In this document: in pieces, positions 17,936 through 27,041 of the stretch
Layout of the letters: each line of letters begins with the position of its first letter
How positions within the stretch are numbered: the stretch's first letter is position 1
NCBI GenBank assembly: GCA_963700985.1
Contig: OY969554.1
Location: forward strand, 1,056,001-1,120,000
Direction of reading: 5' to 3'
Length of the DNA stretch: 64,000 nucleotides
Origin: an uncultured Chlamydiales bacterium
GTDB lineage: Bacteria; Chlamydiota; Chlamydiia; Chlamydiales; Rhabdochlamydiaceae
Notes under the pieces: generated by a model
Databases searched by the model: none
The model's input: the letters and a program-made list of their open reading frames with translations, nothing else
Told to the model about the DNA's origin: nothing
Position numbers and translations under genes: made by a program

Positions 17936-20008
17936 TCAATTGTTCAACAAGTATCCTTCTAAGCCTTGGCTTTGAAGAATGGCTTCTGCTGTTTCCCAAG
18001 AAATGGGGTTATTGTTTCGCACAGTTTCTAAAATGCGAACAATGCAGAGCCCCACTTCGGCATTTTGCCCCACCTTTTGAGCTTTTTTTGCGTATTCAAT
18101 GGCATCAAAAAGCACGGCATTGGCATCGCTGTAAGAAATCCTATTTGCTTCAGGCAACTTGTCGTTGACATGGCTTAGAATTAAGAAAGTAGCTCTGCCG
18201 ATTAACTTGAGATTCCCTGGGTTGACGTAGGTCATGGTATTCCCCACTACTCGCCCTAATTTTGCCATCACGCCAGTGGAATGAGCGTTGACTAACATCT
18301 TCAATCCAACATGCTGACGTAGTTCCAAAGGATCTTGCTTATTTTCTAATGGCAGCTGCACAACTTGCGCCTGCGGAGAAAGCGAATAAATGGTTTGGAT
18401 TGCAGGATGTTCATCAGAAAGAGGAGCGGATGGCACTAAGATCACCGCTATATTTGCTTGTCTTTCCGCAAAGGTTCTAAGCCAACTATGAAAAGATGAA
18501 GAGGGTTCTGCCAATTGTTCTATTTCATTGGAAAAGAGCACCATCACACCTAAGTCGTTCGCGCCTGGGCCACGTGCCTGCACATTCGCTTTAGAATAAG
18601 AAAAGTCATAGAGAAACTGCTGCTCATTGCCGGCATTAGTTAAACTTCTTAGCGCCGCGGCTTTTAGATAAGGATCTTCGATGTCTTGAGAAAACGGCAG
18701 CTCATAAAATTTTCTATCTAGCCCATAAAATGGACGTCCCAGAAAATTTTCCCAAGCTGAGAGTTGATCCTGCGCTGGTGTCCAAACTTGGATCCATGAC
18801 TTCCTTGGTGCTGCATCCAATGTATCCAAAGGAAATAACCTGAAAGTGGGAGCTCGCTCTGTTGAATCAATAAACACCGTAATCAGCGCTTTCTGTGCAA
18901 AATAGGTGGAGGTGTTTTTGTTTGCGTAAGTAGCAGTCTCTAAATCAGTCAATTGACTGATGGGAACTTGGGCATCCTGCACAGCTTTTTGTATGGGCAA
19001 AAAGCTAAGAAGCCTTTCACGCATGTGGGTTGCATGAAAACCGAGAGATTGCAACTCCTCTTTGGAAAGATGTGGCTCGAGTAATTGATACACAGCCTGT
19101 TCAAGGATAACACCAACCACAAAAGTTTCACTGGTAGTGGCTTGCATTCTTGTAGAGCCTGTGATCGACTGCGGCCCTGTAAATAGACAGACTTTTGTGA
19201 TTGCTTCGTTCTCTAGAACACTACGGCTTCTCTCGAAGGGAAACAGCACTTCATCGGGGTTATTGTAGATAAAATAAAGATGCTTTTGAGCTTCACTCAT
19301 CCAGTTAGGAGCTTCCTTATCATATTGGCCCAAACCAGCCAAAATAGTTCCAATCACCGAAGATGTTTCTCCGCCTTCGGTAACCGCAAAAATCACATCT
19401 CCTCTCTGGATCTGATGATCGGCGAGCTGCAGCTTGCCAATCAGTTGGAGATCTTCGAATCCCTCTAAGGAGCTTATCAACGCGCGGTCTGCTCCGGTCA
19501 TTTCACCGATCAATCGATTTTCAATATTTGGAAAATGCGCCTTAAGCGTTTCCCACTGAGGGAGCGACTGCATTTTTTTCCAAAATGGCCGCCAGAAAGA
19601 GCTCTCCATTTGTTTGGCAAGCCTGCCCGTTGCACCGCATCCATAGATGTAGATTTTCTGATTTTGCAAAATTGCCTGTTGAACAGCGGCAGCGGCTTGA
19701 TCGAGAAGCGTAGTATCTTCAGAAAGTTCCAGAATTTTCTTAGAAATATCTGTGTCAACACTCAAAAGGGCTTGAATTCCAGCGAGAGTGTTGGTTTGGA
19801 TTTTGTGACTCAGATCCCAAGTTTTAGCATGCCTTTGCTCTGTAACTAGTGTATGGAGCTGAAACTGCTTTTTATTGGCGACAAAATCTCGGGACTGCTG
19901 CGATGCTTCAATTTCAAACATATCTAAGACAGAATGTGACTGTGAAAAAACAGGTATACACAGTGCAAACGCAGCGCATATTTTTCCATTATAATTTCTG
20001 AGTTTCAT
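17936..20008 (-). CDS. SIS-domain MurQ/glucokinase-regulatory-protein-like protein with predicted signal peptide
   Basis: YIYGCGATGRL, EGFED, GPQSITGSTRMQATT, KMLVNAHSTGVMAKLGRVVGNTM..NLKLIGRA align with MurQ/GKRP motifs. Start MKLRNYNGKICAAFALCIPVFSQS with SD AGGGAG. Confidence 0.8.
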   Translation of the reverse strand: MKLRNYNGKICAAFALCIPVFSQSHSVLDMFEIEASQQSRDFVANKKQFQLHTLVTEQRHAKTWDLSHKIQTNTLAGIQALLSVDTDISKKILELSEDTTLLDQAAAAVQQAILQNQKIYIYGCGATGRLAKQMESSFWRPFWKKMQSLPQWETLKAHFPNIENRLIGEMTGADRALISSLEGFEDLQLIGKLQLADHQIQRGDVIFAVTEGGETSSVIGTILAGLGQYDKEAPNWMSEAQKHLYFIYNNPDEVLFPFERSRSVLENEAITKVCLFTGPQSITGSTRMQATTSETFVVGVILEQAVYQLLEPHLSKEELQSLGFHATHMRERLLSFLPIQKAVQDAQVPISQLTDLETATYANKNTSTYFAQKALITVFIDSTERAPTFRLFPLDTLDAAPRKSWIQVWTPAQDQLSAWENFLGRPFYGLDRKFYELPFSQDIEDPYLKAAALRSLTNAGNEQQFLYDFSYSKANVQARGPGANDLGVMVLFSNEIEQLAEPSSSFHSWLRTFAERQANIAVILVPSAPLSDEHPAIQTIYSLSPQAQVVQLPLENKQDPLELRQHVGLKMLVNAHSTGVMAKLGRVVGNTMTYVNPGNLKLIGRATFLILSHVNDKLPEANRISYSDANAVLFDAIEYAKKAQKVGQNAEVGLCIVRILETVRNNNPISWETAEAILQSQGLEGYLLNN

Positions 20009-20133
20009 CTTGTACTCCCTTGCGATAGTTTTCTTACACACTAAAATCTTGCGAGATTCGAGAAATTGCCACCATATCATGACATCCATTATATATTGCA
20101 TATTGAACTCAAAGATAAGAAAAGGTGGTGCTA

Positions 20134-20910
20134 ATGCATTTCAAGATCAGGCACTTTTTCACTAAGATGCAGGATATTCTCATTACAGATTTCCGCTATC
20201 TTCTGCCATGCGGATTAAAATGGTTCTTCCATCGAAAAATCAAAAGAGATATTTCTCTTCTTCAACTGAAAAACCGTTCTGGTAAGAAAGCTAGTCTATA
20301 TCAACATGGCAATTGGAAATCCGAAAATAAAGGGACTCAGGTCATTCTAATTTTACACGGATTATACTCTCATCCTTTTGTGATGCTTCATCTGGCAGAA
20401 ATAGCCAAGAAAACCGGACCTACATTTAGCCTTTTTGTTAGATACGATGAAGTAAACTTGGATAATCATCGCTCTCTCATAAAACAAGCCATCGACAGCA
20501 TAGAAAAGACATTGCTCGATCAAGGCTATTCTCTCAAAGGGATGGTGTTGGTAGGCCATTCAATGGGAGCAATCGAAGCTGCTTACACCGCATTTGTAGA
20601 AAAGGATAAGAGAATTTTATCGGTAATTTCTATTGCTGGACGTTTGAAAGTTGTAGAGTCAGCCACGAGCCCTTGCAGAGAATCTTTAAAAGAGACTCTA
20701 GATAAAATTTATGAAAGGGTGCAATCAAACCCAGATCTTCCCTTATATCAGATTGTAGGCAAGCGCGATTGGAATGCATCGCTAGAATCTACGCTTATTC
20801 GAAGGAACCCAGGCTGCTATCATATCATTGAAGATAGCATGCATTTTAATATTCTTTTCCATAAGGACACCTACACAAAACTGTCCGAATTTTTACAAAA
20901 AACTTTATAA
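20134..20910 (+). CDS. Alpha/beta hydrolase (esterase/lipase-like)
   Basis: ILHGLY oxyanion loop, VGHSMGA nucleophile elbow, candidate Asp (KRD) and His (MHF). Confidence 0.8.
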   Translation: MHFKIRHFFTKMQDILITDFRYLLPCGLKWFFHRKIKRDISLLQLKNRSGKKASLYQHGNWKSENKGTQVILILHGLYSHPFVMLHLAEIAKKTGPTFSLFVRYDEVNLDNHRSLIKQAIDSIEKTLLDQGYSLKGMVLVGHSMGAIEAAYTAFVEKDKRILSVISIAGRLKVVESATSPCRESLKETLDKIYERVQSNPDLPLYQIVGKRDWNASLESTLIRRNPGCYHIIEDSMHFNILFHKDTYTKLSEFLQKTL

Positions 20911-20980
20911 ACCCTAATCCCTAATATAAATATTAGAGAATATGACATGCTCAAGCTCTCAATCTTAGGAGAATAAAGAT

Positions 20981-21601
20981 ATGTCCTATAAAGCCATTAC
21001 AAAAACGAGTTATGAAGCGACAGCAAACGCATTTACTCGTAATGTTGCAGATCTGGCACCTATAACATCAATTGAGAGATTCATTAAACTTCTACCTTCT
21101 AACGCGAAAATTGTCGATATAGGATGCGGTTCAGGTAGAGATGCTAAGATTTTTACAGAAAATGGTGTGTCAGTATTCGGCCTGGATTTTTGTAAAAATT
21201 TAATCGATATCGCTCGATCCAATGCTCCTCTTGCTGAATTTCAACAATTAGACATTGAAGAGATCAATTTTCCTGCAGCTTATTTAGATGGAGCTTGGGC
21301 TTGTTGCTCCCTTTCACACATCTCAAAAGCTACATTGCCTTTCGTTTTGTTAAACATTCACTCATTCCTTAAAGAACAAGGCTATTTCTATCTAACACTC
21401 AGAAAAGGTTCTGGCGAAGGATTAGAAAAAGATACTCGCTACCAAGGAGATTTTGAAAAATTTTGGGCCTCCTTTGAAGAAAAAGAGATCGAGAGCATCA
21501 TTCAAAAAGCCAAATTTAAAGTGCTCGAATGTTGCACAGTTCATAAAGAAGCTACCTATCGAACATTTCCATGCATTAGAATGTTTTGTCAAAAACAATA
21601 G
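20981..21601 (+). CDS. Class I SAM-dependent methyltransferase
   Basis: IVDIGCGSGRD motif I, GLD, DGAWACCSLSH. Confidence 0.92.
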   Translation: MSYKAITKTSYEATANAFTRNVADLAPITSIERFIKLLPSNAKIVDIGCGSGRDAKIFTENGVSVFGLDFCKNLIDIARSNAPLAEFQQLDIEEINFPAAYLDGAWACCSLSHISKATLPFVLLNIHSFLKEQGYFYLTLRKGSGEGLEKDTRYQGDFEKFWASFEEKEIESIIQKAKFKVLECCTVHKEATYRTFPCIRMFCQKQ

Positions 21602-21954
21602 ACTTTACCTCTATGAAAATTTGCTTAGACACTCTTAAAATGAATGTGGTCAAAACGGCTGAAAATGGCGTGGTCAATCACGAGACAATTTTTGTGTTTT
21701 CACAAAAAGGAGATGTAATTTCTGCTGAATACTCCGGCGGGAAAATCCGCCAGGGATTTTTAGTAGGAAAGTTCCTTGCCGAAAACCAGTTGACGTTCAG
21801 TTACTGTCAGATCCAATTAGATGGAAAACTCGATAACGGACTTTCTACGTGTGAATTATCAAGAAATGAAAATGGCAAAGTCACGCTTACTGAACATTTT
21901 GAATGGAAATCTCGCCCAGGAGAGTTCGGCACGAATATTTTCCAAGAAATCTAG
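21586..21954 (+). CDS. Conserved hypothetical small beta-rich protein
   Basis: NGVVNHETIFVFSQ..AEYSGGKIRQGFLVG..FSYCQ..G..LTEHFEW is a recognisable conserved family of unknown function; start codon uncertain. Confidence 0.7.
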   Translation: MSKTIDFTSMKICLDTLKMNVVKTAENGVVNHETIFVFSQKGDVISAEYSGGKIRQGFLVGKFLAENQLTFSYCQIQLDGKLDNGLSTCELSRNENGKVTLTEHFEWKSRPGEFGTNIFQEI

Positions 21955-21976
21955 TTTTTTGGAATAGCAAAGGCCA

Positions 21977-22351
21977 CTATTGCGATTTACCTAACTTCTC
22001 CTGTTCGAGCAATGAAAGCTCTTCATCAGTCAGTGAGGTTTCCACCAATTCGATAGGCACACCCTGCTCTTCAATTATAGCAACGCGATAACCTTTCAAA
22101 GGGCTATAAGGGCCAAAGAGTATTTTGCAGCCTTTGATCTCAGTATCTAAATCATCCACTTGAAAGGCGATGTGAGGGACTTGCGTTACAAGTTCTGGCA
22201 GCCCGTGTCCCTCAGGAAAACGATGCCACTGAATATGATATTTGTTCTGCTCGAAAGGAGTGGAGTAAAACTTGAATCCTTGCACTTCAACAAGGCTCTC
22301 ATCTTTTCGCTTTTCTTTAGTTGGAATTCCGTAGTGATGGTATTTGCGCAT
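21977..22351 (-). CDS. VOC (glyoxalase-like) family protein
   Basis: YHHYGIPT, PHIAFQVDDL, RVAIIEEQGVPIELVE metal-binding pattern. Confidence 0.8.
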   Translation of the reverse strand: MRKYHHYGIPTKEKRKDESLVEVQGFKFYSTPFEQNKYHIQWHRFPEGHGLPELVTQVPHIAFQVDDLDTEIKGCKILFGPYSPLKGYRVAIIEEQGVPIELVETSLTDEELSLLEQEKLGKSQ

Positions 22352-22501
22352 GTAGAGTTGCTCTTCGAATAGATTTTAGTAATTTTACTCTATACGCTGA
22401 TCAAAAATTCAAGGAATAAAAAAAGCTTGCAATCGGCAAGTTTTTCGTATTATGTCGAGTTTAACGACGTCGCAAGATGCAAAACAATAAGAGGCATTTC
22501 T

Positions 22502-23437
22502 ATGACAGGATCTTCTGATTTCCGACTAACTAGAATAGCGCTGAACAATGGAAGCGGCCATATGCCTGCACTCGGCTGTGGCACCCTGATTCCCAACCCC
22601 ACTGAAAGCAAAAACGCAACTAGAGATGCGCTTGCGGCCGGATTTCGACACTTTGATTGCGCAGAAAGATACCGAAATGAGCGCGAAATAGGCGAAGCAT
22701 TGCAAGCAGGTCTTGCCAGCGGAATTAAACGTGAAGACCTTTTCATTACCACCAAGTTGTGGAACACAAACCATCGACCAGAACGCGTTGAGCCGGCTTT
22801 TGAGGCGAGTCGAGAAAGACTCAAGCTCGAATATTTAGATCTCTATCTCAGTCACACCCCGTTTGCCTTTCAGCCTGGAGACGAGCAAGATCCACGGGAT
22901 CAAAGCGGCAATGTCATCTACGATAAAGGCGTGACTCTGCTAGATACTTGGAGAGCCATGGAAAGTCTTGTGGATCATGGTAAATGTCGGGCCATTGGAT
23001 TGGGAGATATTAGCTTGAAAGAGCTACAACCTATCTATGATGCTGCGCGCATCAAGCCAGCTGCGATCCAGATCGAGTCCCATCCCTATCTACCAGAAAC
23101 AGAACTCTTAGAATACTGCAAAAAGAGAGGCATTATCCTTTTGGCTTTCGCGCCATTAGGTCATGGCATGCGTCCGGGATTGCTTGAAGATCCAGTGATT
23201 TTGGCAATCGCTGCGCGAGTTAAAAAGACGCCAGCGCAGGTTCTGCTGGCATGGGCGGTGCAGCGTGGCACGGCCGTGCTTACTACACCCAAAACTACAG
23301 CGCGCGCAAAAGAGAGCTTCGACATCTCCTCTCTTCCCGAAGATGCTTTTAACGAAATCAATCGCATTCAGACTAGGCAGAGACTCAACACAGTGGTGAA
23401 CACAGGCGTTCCCGGCTTCATCAAAAGAGGTAGCTGA
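22502..23437 (+). CDS. Aldo/keto reductase
   Basis: MPALGCGT, GFRHFDCAERYRNE (D, Y), FITTKLW (K), YLDLYLSH (H), TPAQVLLAW. Confidence 0.95.
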   Translation: MTGSSDFRLTRIALNNGSGHMPALGCGTLIPNPTESKNATRDALAAGFRHFDCAERYRNEREIGEALQAGLASGIKREDLFITTKLWNTNHRPERVEPAFEASRERLKLEYLDLYLSHTPFAFQPGDEQDPRDQSGNVIYDKGVTLLDTWRAMESLVDHGKCRAIGLGDISLKELQPIYDAARIKPAAIQIESHPYLPETELLEYCKKRGIILLAFAPLGHGMRPGLLEDPVILAIAARVKKTPAQVLLAWAVQRGTAVLTTPKTTARAKESFDISSLPEDAFNEINRIQTRQRLNTVVNTGVPGFIKRGS

Positions 23438-23475
23438 ACGGATTTTTTTGGGGTGCGAAAACTTGGTCTTCTCTT

Positions 23476-24345
23476 TTAATATTCAGCAAAATGGTTTTCC
23501 GGCAAAGTCTGCCCACCATCAATAATCAGGCTTTGGCCTGTAATATAGCTTGCTTCTTTTGATGCAAGAAAAAGAATTGCATGAGCAACATCTTCAGGGG
23601 TACCCAAACGGCCTAAAGGTATTGCGGGAATCATATTGTTAGTATGTTCTGAACCTATAAGGTCTTCAGTCATAATATTTCCTGGCTCTACAGCGTTTAC
23701 GTTGATTTTATACTTTGCTAATTCAACTGCAGCAGTTCGAATAAATCCTGCTACTCCTCCTTTAGAAGCCGTATAATGAGAATATCCCGGGAGAGCAGTT
23801 TGTGGACCGGAAATAGATGATGTAATAACAATTTTTCCATGTCCCTGAGACTTCATTGTTGGTATGCAAGATTTGACTGCTAAAAAAGTACCCGTCAGAT
23901 TTACATCGATTACTTTTTGCCATTCTTCCAGTGTCATATTTTCAACTCTTGCATGTGGATAAATGCCTGCATTATGACAAAGCACATCTATCCTCCCATA
24001 TTGGCTTAAAGCTTCAGCAACCATTCTCTCCATGTCTTTTGGATTGCTTACATCAGCTTTAATAAAAATCGCATTACCTTTATTTGCTTGAATAGCAGCT
24101 TTTACAGCTTTGAGGAGAGCTTCATCTCGCCCTACTAAAACAACGTTTGCACCTTCTTCAGCGAAGAGAAAAGCTATTCCACGCCCTATTCCTCTTGAAG
24201 CACCTGTTACAATGACTACTTGATTGCTAAACTTTTTGACGTCTTTTGACTCACTGAATGTCTGCAAAGTTGTGTCTTCAGCATGAATTGATGTAGGATT
24301 GGGCATACACATTCCTAATAAGAGTGTGACAATGATTTTCATCAT
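23476..24345 (-). CDS. Short-chain dehydrogenase/reductase (FabG-like) with N-terminal signal-like extension
   Basis: VTGASRGIG, HNAG, YTASK catalytic YxxxK, NAVEPG, IDGG. Confidence 0.92.
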   Translation of the reverse strand: MMKIIVTLLLGMCMPNPTSIHAEDTTLQTFSESKDVKKFSNQVVIVTGASRGIGRGIAFLFAEEGANVVLVGRDEALLKAVKAAIQANKGNAIFIKADVSNPKDMERMVAEALSQYGRIDVLCHNAGIYPHARVENMTLEEWQKVIDVNLTGTFLAVKSCIPTMKSQGHGKIVITSSISGPQTALPGYSHYTASKGGVAGFIRTAAVELAKYKINVNAVEPGNIMTEDLIGSEHTNNMIPAIPLGRLGTPEDVAHAILFLASKEASYITGQSLIIDGGQTLPENHFAEY

Positions 24346-24792
24346 AAAGCTCTAATGGTTATATAAAATCGATAAAATTAAAAATTTATTGTATTTCCGA
24401 AAAAAATAAAAAAACTGAGTTAGCAAAAGCTATTCAAAAATTGGTTTTTGGTTTTGCCTCCCCTATTTTTAACAGGAAGATGGTTTAAATCCAGCTTTAG
24501 CGATTATTACAAAAATCCAAGGGGTTACAAAAAGAAAAAACAGGAAACATTGTCATTTCTAAAAATGTCTCCGGGGTTTTGCCCAGCACCGGAGCGTTCT
24601 CGAACCAATTTCTCGAGGGAATGAAGCTTCTCTATGAACTAGAACCCCTTATCAAAGTGAAACCCTAATCTCACAAATCAGCGGGAAAAGGGCGGCAAAG
24701 TAGTGAGATATGCCTCTTGATGGAGAGACACCGGCAAAGCCCACCCCCCTTCTATGAGCTAGAGCTATCTTTGGAAGGATTCAAAACCCTCT

Positions 24793-25728
24793 TTAGGAAC
24801 GTGATTTAAAAAAAGCGGCTCCAAGAAAAGCGACAGCAAGAGCACAGACTCCACCTATCAAAAGGTAATTAGTCTCTTTCTTTGTATGAGAAGCCTCTTT
24901 TAATGAATCCATATCTTTCAGAAAGCGATCTAAAACCTCATTAAATTTCTGAGAATTCTGCCAAAATACCCCGTGCCCTCCTTTAAGAAGATGCACTTGG
25001 TTATTCCATAGGTTTTTGAAAGTAACTTCTTTTTGAATGTAATCATTATTAATCCCTGTATCATCTTCACCGCAGACAACAGCTACAGGCTTATTCGACG
25101 TCTCTACGATCTCTTTTTGATTTCCCCCTATACCTTTTTGCATAGACGCAATGAGACAAGAACGTGCTGCCCCGTGAGTTCTCAAAGTGGCCTCCAATAA
25201 AAAGGGAGCTTCTTTAGTATTAATCCCTCCTTGAGCAACAAAAGTTTCTGCTTCTTCTGGACTAAACTTCTCTTGGCTCATCAAATGCAAACAGGGGAAT
25301 GGGCGAAATCCCCGACTGAATCCTTCCGCAGTAAGAGGAATTGGAGGTGTACCAGTGATCAAAATCCCTTGAGTCCCAGGCCATCTTTTCAACAGATCAA
25401 TGGCAATATGTCCACCAAGTGACCAGCCGACAATAGACGCTTTCTGAATATTCATTTTTTGGAGAACATCTATTGCTACATCGGCATAGCCAGGCAGGGA
25501 ATAGGTTGCTTCGGCATCTCTTGCATTTTCGCTTTTTCCATGACCCGGCAAGTCTATTGCAATCAGTCTAAAATTCCGTCCAATATTACTTTCAATGCTT
25601 TTCCTGAAGACTTCCTTGCACGCCGAATTGCCATGAATAAACAAAACCGCAGGACCATCCCCCTGAGATTCTAAGACTGAAATTTTTCCATACTGTGTCT
25701 GAACCGCATATTCTACCGGCGCTGCCAT
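24793..25728 (-). CDS. AidH-like alpha/beta hydrolase (N-acyl-homoserine lactonase family) with C-terminal tail anchor
   Basis: IHGNS, DLPGHGKS, YSLPGYAD, GWSLGGHIAI, ITGTPP, GGNQKEIV, FKNLW, GH match Ochrobactrum AidH motifs as recalled. Extra tail YLLIGGVCALAVAFLGAAFFKSRS. Confidence 0.85.
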   Translation of the reverse strand: MAAPVEYAVQTQYGKISVLESQGDGPAVLFIHGNSACKEVFRKSIESNIGRNFRLIAIDLPGHGKSENARDAEATYSLPGYADVAIDVLQKMNIQKASIVGWSLGGHIAIDLLKRWPGTQGILITGTPPIPLTAEGFSRGFRPFPCLHLMSQEKFSPEEAETFVAQGGINTKEAPFLLEATLRTHGAARSCLIASMQKGIGGNQKEIVETSNKPVAVVCGEDDTGINNDYIQKEVTFKNLWNNQVHLLKGGHGVFWQNSQKFNEVLDRFLKDMDSLKEASHTKKETNYLLIGGVCALAVAFLGAAFFKSRS

Positions 25729-25793
25729 AGATATCTTCCTTGTTAAAAGAGGTGCCATTCTATCATCAATAAGCATTTCATTCTAGCAAGGGA

Positions 25794-25915
25794 CCCTTCG
25801 GCGGGCAGCTAGTTGTCCAGTCGGCTCAGGGCCCGGTTCGCTATCTGCTCACCTGCTCCGCACTACAAAGGCCCAATGGGCCTTCTTCGTGTATCCGCAG
25901 CCAAACTTTTGGCTT
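25794..25915. repeat. Diverged solo copy of the tRNA-linked 149-bp repeat unit
   Basis: CCCTTCGGCGGGCAGC-x-AG-x-TGTCC..GGGCCCGGTTCGC..TGCTCAC and AGCCAAACTTTTGGCT match the units at 29082-29443. Confidence 0.8.
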
Positions 25916-25930
25916 TTTTAATGAGAGAAT

Positions 25931-26839
25931 TTATTGAGGAAAAACGATCTCGGATGGAAGAGAAGTGGAATGAACGGATAGAAACTGTTCTATAACAGTA
26001 ACCAAAGTAACTGGAGTTTCTATCATCGGATAATGACCCGAGGCTTTGCAACACTCCAAATCTGCATTCGGATACCACTTCAAAAAGGTATTACGCATGA
26101 GTGCTTCACCTAAGATTCCAGAATCATATTCAGCAAACAAAACTAACATCGGCGTTTGCAAACCTTTTACTGATTGAGAAAAATCAGTATGAAAAAACAT
26201 GTTCATATAACCGAGGCGGCCTTGGCTCGTAGAGTGTTTGCGAATATCTGTAATCATTTTCTTAGCAAAGGCCTTTGGATACCGATTGCCAGTCAATGTA
26301 TTGACAAACTTCATAGCAGCCTCATCATTGTCTATGGCCATGCCTGCAAAAAAATCTACTATCTCTTTAGGTCCAGGCGTTCCACAAGCAGGGACAGGTG
26401 TTATTGCAACGACACTTTTAACCCTTGAAGGATTGTCTACAGCGATTTTTTGAACAATCATACCAGACATAGAGTGTCCAATCAGATGAAATTCATTCCA
26501 AGCCAAGAAATCAATGAGCTTAATAGCGTCAGAACTCGCTTCTTCTACTGAAAATGTCCCTTTCATTTCTTTGGAACCACCATACCCACGCAAGTCTACA
26601 AAAACATAAGTGTACTCGTCAGTGTTTAGGTATGGGATCATGAAATCATAGCTTGTCGAATCCGTCGTCCAGCTGTGCATAACGAGGACTTTTTCTTTTC
26701 CTGATCCAATTTGTTTGTGGGCGATAAATTCCATATCTTGATTCTCCGATGAGCTAAGGATTTGCGCTGATAAAGTCGACATGAAAACCAAAAGAACGCT
26801 GATAAATGCAGCCAATTTTGAAGAAATGAATCGAAACAT
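25931..26839 (-). CDS. Exported alpha/beta hydrolase (paralog of 39354-40232)
   Basis: Signal peptide; DLRGYG, IGHSMSG, SGHYPMIETP. Confidence 0.9.
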   Translation of the reverse strand: MFRFISSKLAAFISVLLVFMSTLSAQILSSSENQDMEFIAHKQIGSGKEKVLVMHSWTTDSTSYDFMIPYLNTDEYTYVFVDLRGYGGSKEMKGTFSVEEASSDAIKLIDFLAWNEFHLIGHSMSGMIVQKIAVDNPSRVKSVVAITPVPACGTPGPKEIVDFFAGMAIDNDEAAMKFVNTLTGNRYPKAFAKKMITDIRKHSTSQGRLGYMNMFFHTDFSQSVKGLQTPMLVLFAEYDSGILGEALMRNTFLKWYPNADLECCKASGHYPMIETPVTLVTVIEQFLSVHSTSLPSEIVFPQ

Positions 26840-27041
26840 GAGGAGCAACTACTAGATTCGTGATTTGACTGGCGTTTATGACAAACTGATGTCTTTCAAC
26901 ACAAGCAAAACTTGATGATTTTCTTGGAAACCACTATCAAAATTAGTGACAACAAAGAAAAAAGATAAGTTGTATAAAAATCGATTCTTTCTTCACTCAA
27001 TATCAGATATTTACAGTAAACTACTTTTGACAAGGAAAATT

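Noticed and set aside
24346..24792. Possible ncRNA, riboswitch or pseudogene in the gap between the SDR and AidH-like genes
   Set aside because: Some hairpins and a short direct repeat (TCTATGA.CTAGA) are present, but I recognise no riboswitch consensus or coherent reading frame.
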